A stretch of DNA of 64,000 nt, taken from positions 62,001-126,000 of IMG/VR virus record IMGVR_UViG_3300031857_000010, one strand, 5' to 3'. The notes under the pieces are model-generated. The model did not search any database. It was not told the origin of the DNA and saw nothing but the letters and a program-made list of their open reading frames with translations. How positions within the stretch are numbered: the stretch's first letter is position 1; every line of letters begins with the position of its first letter. Below are positions 47,801-56,407 of the stretch, one piece after another. A program made the position numbers and the translations under genes.

Positions 47801-48643
47801 ACAGAATTATCTAAAGCACTATCTGAATATTTATTTAATGATGAAGATTCGCTAATTAGAATTGACATGAGTGAATATATGGAACCACATAGTGTATCAA
47901 AATTAATAGGTGCTCCTCCGGGATATGTTGGTCATGGTGATGGCGGTCAATTGACTGAAAAAGTTAGAAATAAACCTTATAGTATTGTTTTATTTGATGA
48001 AATAGAAAAGGGTCATAAAGATGTGATAAATATTTTATTACAGCTTTTGGATGAAGGAAAATTGACTGATGGAGACGGTGTTGAAATTAATTTTAAAAAT
48101 ACTGTGGTTATTATGACATCAAATATTGGAACGCAAGAAATTACTGAAAACAAACCAGTAGGATTCAATTCAGATCTTTTGAAAAATAATCTTGAAAACC
48201 AAAGGATAATTGAAAAGGCATTAAAAAAACATTTCAGACCGGAGTTGCTTAATAGAATTGATGATGTTGTTATATTCCAAAAATTGACCCAAGATAATGT
48301 ATTAGATATCGTAAAAATTCATTTAAGAAACTTTGAAAAAAATGTTATTTCTCAAGGAATAAATGTTGAATTTACAGATAAAATGATTGATTTTATTGGT
48401 GAAGAAGGTTATTCTGACGAATATGGAGCAAGGCCTATTCTTAGAGTTATAACAAAATTTGTTGAAACTCCTTTGTCTAAAGAATTACTTCTCAAAAAAA
48501 TTATAAAAGGTGATGATATTATCATTGATTTTGACAAAGAAAAAGGAACTTTAATTTCTAAAAGAGAAGAAAAAAAAGAAACCAAAGTTAAAAATGTTGT
48601 CAAAAAAAAGGTTACGAGAAAAAAGAAAGAGGATAATATTTAA
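47384..48643 (+). CDS. clpC: Split-intein C-part fused to ClpC C-half (rest of NBD2)
   Basis: HHN|TELSKAL, RIDMSEYMEPHSVSKLIGAPPGYVG, LFDEIEK, IMTSNIG, VGF loop, FRPELLNRID, YGARP. Confidence 0.93.
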   Translation: MIELKVKIEEIFEAVSQLEAQEFIPEKEIFQKSKIMVKNEFGKWINVLGMITKKDQVREIKFSDGSFCVVADNHKIRKEKNECCLVSNLLIGDFVEKADESKISVISNNLTGEIETVFDMHVDSETHLYQTENGIVHHNTELSKALSEYLFNDEDSLIRIDMSEYMEPHSVSKLIGAPPGYVGHGDGGQLTEKVRNKPYSIVLFDEIEKGHKDVINILLQLLDEGKLTDGDGVEINFKNTVVIMTSNIGTQEITENKPVGFNSDLLKNNLENQRIIEKALKKHFRPELLNRIDDVVIFQKLTQDNVLDIVKIHLRNFEKNVISQGINVEFTDKMIDFIGEEGYSDEYGARPILRVITKFVETPLSKELLLKKIIKGDDIIIDFDKEKGTLISKREEKKETKVKNVVKKKVTRKKKEDNI

Positions 48644-48683
48644 TATTTTATTTCTCGGTTCATTCTATTATTTTTATTAAATA

Positions 48684-49802
48684 ATGAATGATGATTTTTA
48701 CACATTATTGGGTTTAACTAAGGATGCCAGTCAGGATGATATAAAAAAAGCTTATAGATCTTTAAGTAAAAAATATCATCCTGATTTAAACCCTAACAAT
48801 AAAGAAGCCGAAGAAAAATTTAAAAAAATTAACGAGGCTTATTCTGTTTTAAGCGAACCAGAAAAAAGAAAACAATACGATAATAGAGGTTCTGGTTTTG
48901 GGAATTTTTCAAATTTCAACCAAGGTTTTTCAAACTTCGATTTTTTCTCTGATTTCTTTAATTTTAGAAATAATAATCAGAGACCTCAACAACAAAACCA
49001 AAAAGGTTCTGACTTAAGAATCAAATTGTCTTTTTCTTTAGAGGAAGTTGTACATGGTTCTAGAAAAACAATTAAATATAATAGAAATGTTTGTTGTTCA
49101 TCTTGCAAAGGAAATGGTTCTAAAGAAGGTATTTCTTTGAAAACATGTAATAATTGTAACGGACAAGGAAGTGTTATTAATGTTGTACAAACTCCTTTTG
49201 GTAGAATTCAAACTTCGAACCATTGCAATATTTGTAATGGTGCAGGAAAAATAATAAATGAAATTTGTAATAGTTGTGGAGCTAGAGGAATAAAAGAAAA
49301 CTTTGAAAATATTGAAATAAACGTACCTCCCGGAATTACTGAAGGATTTGTTTATAAGATCGAGAATGGTGGAAACTTTAATAATTCTCCTAACTCAATT
49401 CCCGGTGATTTGATAATACTTTGCACAATATCAGAACACATTATTTATAAAAAATTCAATAATGATATTCATAGAGATGTATTTATAAATTTTATTGATG
49501 CTATAACGGGAACTGATAATTTTATTATAAATGTTTTTGGTGAGGACATAAGAATTAAGATTGATCCAAATACTGACAATGGTAAAATATTAAGACTAAA
49601 AGGAAAAGGATTGCCCAATAACGGAAGTTATGGAGATTTATACGTTCATATAAATGTTTTTGTTCCAAAAAATTTAGATGTGAATACCTTAAATGTACTT
49701 TCACAAATAAAAGAAAAAATAGAACCTACCATTGAAAATATTAATCCAGAAATTGGCTTTTTAAACAAATCATTGAAAATCAATTCACTGTATAATAATT
49801 AA
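48684..49802 (+). CDS. dnaJ: DnaJ chaperone (class A)
   Basis: J-domain HPD, G/F-rich region, four CxxC(x)GxG-type repeats, GDLYV. Confidence 0.95.
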   Translation: MNDDFYTLLGLTKDASQDDIKKAYRSLSKKYHPDLNPNNKEAEEKFKKINEAYSVLSEPEKRKQYDNRGSGFGNFSNFNQGFSNFDFFSDFFNFRNNNQRPQQQNQKGSDLRIKLSFSLEEVVHGSRKTIKYNRNVCCSSCKGNGSKEGISLKTCNNCNGQGSVINVVQTPFGRIQTSNHCNICNGAGKIINEICNSCGARGIKENFENIEINVPPGITEGFVYKIENGGNFNNSPNSIPGDLIILCTISEHIIYKKFNNDIHRDVFINFIDAITGTDNFIINVFGEDIRIKIDPNTDNGKILRLKGKGLPNNGSYGDLYVHINVFVPKNLDVNTLNVLSQIKEKIEPTIENINPEIGFLNKSLKINSLYNN

Positions 49803-49842
49803 AAAAAAATAAAATAATATTTATTATAAAACACTTAAAAAA

Positions 49843-50166
49843 ATGGAAAAAATAAACAAAATTTTAGGTAAGTATGGAATAATCATGCTTCTTGTGTTCA
49901 GTATTTTGACATTCTTTAACACTTGTGGAACAAAAAGTTCAATAAAGCAAACAAATAAAAGAATTGATGAATTAGAGAAAAGAGATTCTTTGAATATGGA
50001 AATTCTCTCAATTGAAAGAGAAATAAGTATTTTGAAAACATCAAGAGAAATTGTCTATACTAATAATGCAATTGTTAGAACAACAGCTAGGCCGGATGAT
50101 GTAATGAATGACTATTCTAGAAAAATAGATGAGTTACAGAAAAAATTAGATAAGTTGAAGAAATGA
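49843..50166 (+). CDS. Membrane-anchored coiled-coil protein (possible lipoprotein)
   Basis: N-terminal hydrophobic helix ending NTCG, then coiled coil. Confidence 0.6.
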   Translation: MEKINKILGKYGIIMLLVFSILTFFNTCGTKSSIKQTNKRIDELEKRDSLNMEILSIEREISILKTSREIVYTNNAIVRTTARPDDVMNDYSRKIDELQKKLDKLKK

Positions 50167-50969
50167 TAATTTACAAAACTACAAATCTTTTAAATGGTAA
50201 GATATATATAGGTAAGGATAAGAAAAATAATAAAAATTATTTGGGTAGTGGAGTTGCCTTAAAAGAGAGTATAAAAAAATACGGAAAAAATAATTTTAAA
50301 AAAGAAATTATTTGTTTTTGTAATAATTTAGAAGAGTTGAATGAAAAAGAAAAATATTATATTAAATTTTACAATTCTCAAGATAAAAATATTGGATATA
50401 ATATAACTGAAGGGGGCGATGGTAATAGTTTGAGTTGGAATGGTCCAAAATTGACTGATTCTCATAAACAAAATATATCAGATGGTTTAAAAAAATCAGA
50501 TAAATTTAAGAAAATGTGGGAAGGCGATGAACACAAGAAAAAATTAAAGGAATCTAGGGCAAAATCAGAAAAAGTTAAGAAAATTATAGAATCTCAAGAT
50601 TGGAAAAATAAAATTAGTGAATCAGTGAAAAATTCAGAAAAATTTAAGGAGGCTATTAAAAACCCAGAAAGATCTCAAAAAATTAGTAAATCAATGTTGG
50701 AATCAGAAATTTTAAAAAAATCTAGATCGTCTAATGAATTTAAGGAAAAATGTAGTGTATGGCAAAAAGGCAAGAAAAGATCACCGGAATTTTTAAAAAA
50801 ATTTAATGAATCAAGAGCTAAAACATTCGAAGCAAAAAATAAAGAAAAAAAAGATAATTTGTTAAAAATATTACAAGAAAATGATTTTGATATTTTAGAT
50901 ACTTCAAAAAAACTAAATATAACAACCTTTTCTGTATATAGATTAATTAAAAAATTTAATTTAAGATGA
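50163..50969 (+). CDS. Free-standing GIY-YIG (Seg-like) homing endonuclease
   Basis: MIIYKTTNLLNGKIYIGK, YLGSG, EKYYI, GYNITEGGDG, and basic NUMOD-like repeats. Confidence 0.88.
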   Translation: MIIYKTTNLLNGKIYIGKDKKNNKNYLGSGVALKESIKKYGKNNFKKEIICFCNNLEELNEKEKYYIKFYNSQDKNIGYNITEGGDGNSLSWNGPKLTDSHKQNISDGLKKSDKFKKMWEGDEHKKKLKESRAKSEKVKKIIESQDWKNKISESVKNSEKFKEAIKNPERSQKISKSMLESEILKKSRSSNEFKEKCSVWQKGKKRSPEFLKKFNESRAKTFEAKNKEKKDNLLKILQENDFDILDTSKKLNITTFSVYRLIKKFNLR

Positions 50970-51934
50970 ATAAAAATTCTATTTCAAAAATGACTTGGCT
51001 AATAATAATATCTTTCTTATTAGTTCCAATTTGTGTAAGTGTAATTAGTACGATTCACGTTATTAATTTCTTTTCACTGTCAAACGGTTTTGGTCTTGCA
51101 TTAACTTTAGCTATTGCTTTTGAAATTGGTGCATTATCTGCATTGGCTGGTTTGGTTGCTTTGGGTAAAATAAATAAAAATGTTGTTTGGTTTATATTTA
51201 TTTTGTTAACTATTTTTCAAGTTAATGGAAATACATATTACGCTTATGATGTTTTGACACAGAAAATGGTTATTGAACCAAATTTGATTAAAAATTGGGC
51301 TGAATTATTTGGTTTGGCAGATGAAGATCCAATTTTTATAAAAAGAATAATAGCATTGATATCTGGTGGTATTTTACCAATAGTTTCTCTTGCTTTTTTA
51401 GATTTATTAGTTGATTACATCAGAAAAACATTTGGTATTGAAGAAAACAAATTACCTGAAAATATAGATTTGAAAAAAAATACTGAAGTTAATTTAGAAG
51501 ATACTCCATCAAGTCAAATAGTAGTAGAAAGTAAAGAAGAGAAAAGTGTAATTGAAGAAGAAAATATTGACTTGGATGAAAAGTTAGATTCGATAATTTC
51601 AGATGGTAAAGTCGAAACTCATGAAGAAGAAAATTTTCAAAAAATTCTAGATGAAAAAAAGAAAAGATTAGATGATATGAGACAACCAAATATGGATATG
51701 TTGAGTGTTCTTTATGATGATGGTAAAATACAATCTGGAATGGAGTTGGCAAGTTATAATGATTTCATTAATAAGTTAGAGAAAAACAGGTACTCTCAAA
51801 AAGAAATAAATTTATTTTTGACATTGTGTAATTATTTAGAGATTTTTAAAGTTTCTTACACACAAAAAATTGCTTTAAAAAGTTATGATGAAGCAAAAGA
51901 AATATTATCTAACTACTTAACACTGGGTGAATAA
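50966..51934 (+). CDS. Multi-pass membrane protein with acidic cytoplasmic C-terminus
   Basis: About four hydrophobic helices in the N-terminal half. Confidence 0.7.
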   Translation: MNKNSISKMTWLIIISFLLVPICVSVISTIHVINFFSLSNGFGLALTLAIAFEIGALSALAGLVALGKINKNVVWFIFILLTIFQVNGNTYYAYDVLTQKMVIEPNLIKNWAELFGLADEDPIFIKRIIALISGGILPIVSLAFLDLLVDYIRKTFGIEENKLPENIDLKKNTEVNLEDTPSSQIVVESKEEKSVIEEENIDLDEKLDSIISDGKVETHEEENFQKILDEKKKRLDDMRQPNMDMLSVLYDDGKIQSGMELASYNDFINKLEKNRYSQKEINLFLTLCNYLEIFKVSYTQKIALKSYDEAKEILSNYLTLGE

Positions 51935-51954
51935 ATAACGTATATTGCAAAAAG

Positions 51955-51983
51955 AAAGGCGATCATTTTTGATCGCCTTTTTT
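51955..51983. terminator. Bidirectional intrinsic terminator
   Basis: AAAGGCGATCA-TTTT-TGATCGCCTTT between convergent genes. Confidence 0.88.
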
Positions 51984-52000
51984 AATTTAAAAAATTAAAG

Positions 52001-54064
52001 TTAATTTTTTTCACCCGGTTCAACATCGGTGTGAACGTTATCACCCAAACCATGTTTGTTCTTAAATTTATTAATCATTGTATTTAAAGCAAAGGTTGAT
52101 AATCCATGAGTGTCTTGAGCGGGTCTCATATCTTTTTTATGTTGGTTTGTTGGTTCATTAATTGTTCCATCATCTAATACATAATTACTAGTGTTGTGAT
52201 ACCATTTATCATCAAACCATACATAAGCTGGAAACTGTTCACCGTAAGAATAAGCAACATACATTTTTCCTAGACCCCCTAAATCTTCACCATAAATGTG
52301 AGATCCAATAAAGTTTTCTCTTTTTTTAACAAAATCTTTTGAATCAGGATTAGTTATTCTTTCTTCTTCTAAATCATCCTCTTCTAAATTAAATTTTTTT
52401 TTTGACTCAGAGAGAAAAGGTCTTATAGAATTTTTAATATTCTTTACTTTAAAAATCAATTTCTCAAGCTCTTCAATAAGAGGTTCAATCGATTCTTGTA
52501 ATTTTTCTGAAACTTCAGGATATTCAAATTTTATATCATTACTAACAATTTCCAATTCATTCAACATGTAATTGGCTTTATTCAAACCATCTACTGTATT
52601 GTTTATATAATTATAAATATCTTGATCAAGATCCTTCACAGCAACATCATATCCCTCATTAATATAGTTATTGATCTTGCTTATTTTGTCTAAAGTATTA
52701 TTTATTTTATTGAATCTAAAATTGAAATTATCATTTATATCTTGAATGTTTTCTAGCATAACTTCAGATAAATTTCTTTTACTTTTTCGAATAACTTTTC
52801 CTTTATCGTCTAAAGGTAGAGGTTTGCCAAATTCATCATAAGCTGTTCCAGAGGTTGGTTTTAAACTTTTATCTAATTCTTCATAATCCTTGGAGGAAAT
52901 TTTTTTCCATTCACGACCTTTAGTTCCTGTACCTTTCAAAATATCTAAGTTTTTTTCTGACCAATCTTCTATACCCATAATTTCTTTAAATCTAGGATCT
53001 CTAAACAATGCTATTAATTTAGGTCTTAATTGAGAAACTTTAGACTTTAAATTACTTTCTGTAGCTTCTGAATATTCAATACCTAATTCTTTTCCTATGT
53101 AATCATACATACTTTCTTTTCCTTTGGAAGAAATATCTTCAACGTCTATTTCGCTTATATCACCGTCAACATCATATACAGCATCTATAAGTTTTGAAGC
53201 TGCTGCTTCTTCATTTTTTGTTTCAGAAAAAATAAAGTTGAAGAATCCTTGTAATACTTTTCTTTCAGTTTCATTTAATTGGTCTAATATTAATTGAAAT
53301 TTATCTTTATCTTTCTTTAATGAATATTCAACATCTGATGCACCATATGTAGATGCAACGTCTAATTCCTCATCTTCATCTCCAGAGACAGTTGAACTTT
53401 TAACAATAGGATCTATATTAATATCTTTTCTTCTTTGTTTTTTTGAAAATATATCCATTATATCTTGAGGCCAAGCTACTTTTACAAAAGAATAATCAAA
53501 AGGGGAAGAATTTGGATTGTATTTTTTGTTTACTAACTGTTCTTGTATTGCTTTGGTAAAACCATCTAAAACTAGATCAATGTCTATTTTTAAAGGATCT
53601 ATACCGGGAACTCCACTAGCAGCTCTATATCCTACATTGCTAAGTCTGCCTTGACTGCCATAAGGATTGTAAAAACTCAATAAAAATTCAAATATTTTTT
53701 GCTGATTAACAGTGTCTGGTTTCCAGTCATCTACTATTTCGTCTTGTTTAACATATTCAGTGGCTAGTATTGTAGTTATAGCATCTTGGGTTTTGTTTGG
53801 AAAACCCTCAGTTGGATGTTTCATTTGTTTTGAAGATCCATTAACAACTTTGTCAACGTAGTTTATAACAAAAATTTTTTCAAGATCGCTCAAAATTTCG
53901 AAACGAGATTTTGGTGCAGCATATCTTGTGTAATAATTCACCATTCTTTTATATTCAGGGTCATCTACTGAATTTATATCTTCTTTAATTAGGAAAAGTT
54001 CATTGTCTGTAGAAGCTCCTAAAATATCTTCTAAAAGAAATTTTATTATTTGATCTTTTGTCAT
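52001..54064 (-). CDS. Large hypothetical protein with sigma70 region 2/4-like segments
   Basis: DLVLDGFTKAIQ..KYNP..SPF; LDQLNETERKVL; YIGKELGI...SNLKSKVSQLRPKL. Confidence 0.6.
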   Translation of the reverse strand: MTKDQIIKFLLEDILGASTDNELFLIKEDINSVDDPEYKRMVNYYTRYAAPKSRFEILSDLEKIFVINYVDKVVNGSSKQMKHPTEGFPNKTQDAITTILATEYVKQDEIVDDWKPDTVNQQKIFEFLLSFYNPYGSQGRLSNVGYRAASGVPGIDPLKIDIDLVLDGFTKAIQEQLVNKKYNPNSSPFDYSFVKVAWPQDIMDIFSKKQRRKDINIDPIVKSSTVSGDEDEELDVASTYGASDVEYSLKKDKDKFQLILDQLNETERKVLQGFFNFIFSETKNEEAAASKLIDAVYDVDGDISEIDVEDISSKGKESMYDYIGKELGIEYSEATESNLKSKVSQLRPKLIALFRDPRFKEIMGIEDWSEKNLDILKGTGTKGREWKKISSKDYEELDKSLKPTSGTAYDEFGKPLPLDDKGKVIRKSKRNLSEVMLENIQDINDNFNFRFNKINNTLDKISKINNYINEGYDVAVKDLDQDIYNYINNTVDGLNKANYMLNELEIVSNDIKFEYPEVSEKLQESIEPLIEELEKLIFKVKNIKNSIRPFLSESKKKFNLEEDDLEEERITNPDSKDFVKKRENFIGSHIYGEDLGGLGKMYVAYSYGEQFPAYVWFDDKWYHNTSNYVLDDGTINEPTNQHKKDMRPAQDTHGLSTFALNTMINKFKNKHGLGDNVHTDVEPGEKN

Positions 54065-54068
54065 TTTT

Positions 54069-56318
54069 TTAAATATTAAAACTTTTTAATAATTTGTTGT
54101 TATAATTATCGAATTCATTTTTTAATTCGTTAATTAATTTCTGTATTTTATTCATACTCTCATCTAATCTTGCTTGTGGTGAATTTCCCAATTCTGTTCC
54201 CGAAGGTAATTGCTTGAGTAATGAATATACATTTCTAAGATAGGAAGGATTCTGCAATAAGAATCCTTTGGATGATAATAGTTTTTTAAATTCTTCAGAT
54301 TCTTCTTCTCCTGCTTTGAAATATTTTTCTAGCTCTCTGCCCTCTGCACCAGAACCCAAAGTTACTTTTTTAAGCAATTGTATGAATTCTCTTATTGGTA
54401 TATTTTTCTTACCTAATTTATTTGTTACTTCAGAAGGTAAGCCTTGTCCAAGATAGTTATTATCTTGTAATGATAATATAAAATCATCTAGATATAATTC
54501 TGGTTTTGTCATCCAATCATAAGTTCCTTTCGGGCTTGATGGTTTTAAACCAGCTTTAATTTCTTTATCTCTTTGTCTTTTTTCCTTAATAGACTCTTTT
54601 TCAACAAATTTATAAATACCATAACCAAACATTCTTAATAAAATAGATGTGGCTAAATCTTTATTGAAAGATATGAAAGATTTTATTTTATTTTGACCAT
54701 ACTTTTCAGAATCAGGTTCATTTATTATTTTTTCAATGATGTCTTTTGCAACATTTGATAAATTACCTTTTATTTTATCTACTATACTGGCTGCTAATAA
54801 TTCTGCTTCCTTTTTTTCAATATTTGTCGGCATTTCAACGGCTTCCTCTTCTGATGGTAAATATTTTTTAACAGAAGTCATAAAGTTGCCCCTGAATGTA
54901 TCAGAAACATTTTTATAAAAAAGTGGGTTGTTGGGTTGGTATATGGCTTTTCTACCTCTGGTCTCTTCTCCTTTTTCTTTAGGAGATCTAACATCATATT
55001 CAAATCCATTAGCTTTTTGCAAATCTTCAAGAAAAGATTGTTTATCATCATATGTATAAACAAAATAAGCTTTACCAGTTCTCTTGTCTTGCTTTTCTTC
55101 TGATTTAGTAAAATTACCTATTGCTTTATCTGTAGGTACTTTTGAAATAAAAGAGAATGGAAATGAAAGTCCAGATGCTAAATCAGCAGCCTTTGAATTA
55201 TCAAATAATAAATCTGTAAATCCTTTTAATTGATCTATTGCATAATTCCTTACAACAGTATAAGTCCAAGCACCAATGTTAGCATAATTAAAATCATATT
55301 TTCCTTCTGAAATTTCATCTGATACCTCATCAATACCTATTAATTTTCTTAATGCTTTTTGTACTCCTTCGTATGCATATTCTTGAACATTCTCAAATTT
55401 TAATAATGGTTGTAAAACCTTTTCTACAACTAGAATCATATATACCTCTAGAATAGATTTACATCTATCTGCTATTTTGCCTTTTAATCTACCATCACCT
55501 AAATTTAACAAAAACGTTTCTTGTTCTTCAGCTAATCCTCTACTGATACCACTATCCATTTGAATATTAGATGGTATTTCCAAAGTGGTATTCATATTTT
55601 TTTCAGCAGCATAATACATTCTTGCTAAAAATTCTAATTCTCCGGCACCCTGTGGTGTTATAGTTCCCTTTAAGTTACTTGAGCTAATTGCATTTGCCAT
55701 TTTAGCTCTATTAAATGGAATCCAAGTTCTACTTATTTCTTTCTTAATTCCATCTTTTTCTTCTGTACTCAAAGTATAAGTTACTGGAATCTTTTTTTGA
55801 CCTGAAAATTGTTTACTAGTTGCTAATGATAAATCTTTCAATGCACCAGAATATTTCAGACGCATTTGACCAATTTTTTCATCCGATCCCGGTTGCCCTG
55901 TGTCTATTTGCCCTTTTTCTCTTTCATAAGGCATAACATTTTTTTCAAAATTTAATATTTTTTTAGTTTCATCACTCAAACCCTCATTTTCTATTAAATC
56001 CAAAACTTCTAATTGAAATTCTTCTAGTTCTCCAAAACACAAAGCTGCTTTCATTCCAAAAGGAGGATCAACAACACTTTTTTGAGTGACAGTGCTGGTT
56101 GATAAGTCTTTTTGTAATTTTTCTTTTCCAGATATTTGACTAGTAGGTTGGAATCCAAAAAGGTCAAATTTATTTTCTTCTTCTTTAATTAATTCGGTAA
56201 CAAATGCTTGAATAAATAATTTTTTAGCTTTTTCATTGGATGGATTTCTTAAAAATACATCCTGAGCCTTTAATCTTATTTCATTCAAAGATAAATTACT
56301 ATTGTTTAATAGTGCCAT
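54069..56318 (-). CDS. Large hypothetical protein with sigma70 region 2-like segment
   Basis: YAYEGVQKALRKL...GAWTYTVVRNYAIDQL. Confidence 0.6.
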   Translation of the reverse strand: MALLNNSNLSLNEIRLKAQDVFLRNPSNEKAKKLFIQAFVTELIKEEENKFDLFGFQPTSQISGKEKLQKDLSTSTVTQKSVVDPPFGMKAALCFGELEEFQLEVLDLIENEGLSDETKKILNFEKNVMPYEREKGQIDTGQPGSDEKIGQMRLKYSGALKDLSLATSKQFSGQKKIPVTYTLSTEEKDGIKKEISRTWIPFNRAKMANAISSSNLKGTITPQGAGELEFLARMYYAAEKNMNTTLEIPSNIQMDSGISRGLAEEQETFLLNLGDGRLKGKIADRCKSILEVYMILVVEKVLQPLLKFENVQEYAYEGVQKALRKLIGIDEVSDEISEGKYDFNYANIGAWTYTVVRNYAIDQLKGFTDLLFDNSKAADLASGLSFPFSFISKVPTDKAIGNFTKSEEKQDKRTGKAYFVYTYDDKQSFLEDLQKANGFEYDVRSPKEKGEETRGRKAIYQPNNPLFYKNVSDTFRGNFMTSVKKYLPSEEEAVEMPTNIEKKEAELLAASIVDKIKGNLSNVAKDIIEKIINEPDSEKYGQNKIKSFISFNKDLATSILLRMFGYGIYKFVEKESIKEKRQRDKEIKAGLKPSSPKGTYDWMTKPELYLDDFILSLQDNNYLGQGLPSEVTNKLGKKNIPIREFIQLLKKVTLGSGAEGRELEKYFKAGEEESEEFKKLLSSKGFLLQNPSYLRNVYSLLKQLPSGTELGNSPQARLDESMNKIQKLINELKNEFDNYNNKLLKSFNI

Positions 56319-56407
56319 TATTGATTTTCTTTTATTTAATAAATAGCCAATAATTTGAAAAAATCATTCAAATTTCTTATATTTACTAAGTCAAAAAACA
56401 GATAAAA

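Noticed and set aside
49843-50166. Spanin call for the anchored coiled-coil protein
   Set aside because: No partner spanin, holin or endolysin was identified nearby, so the evidence is insufficient.
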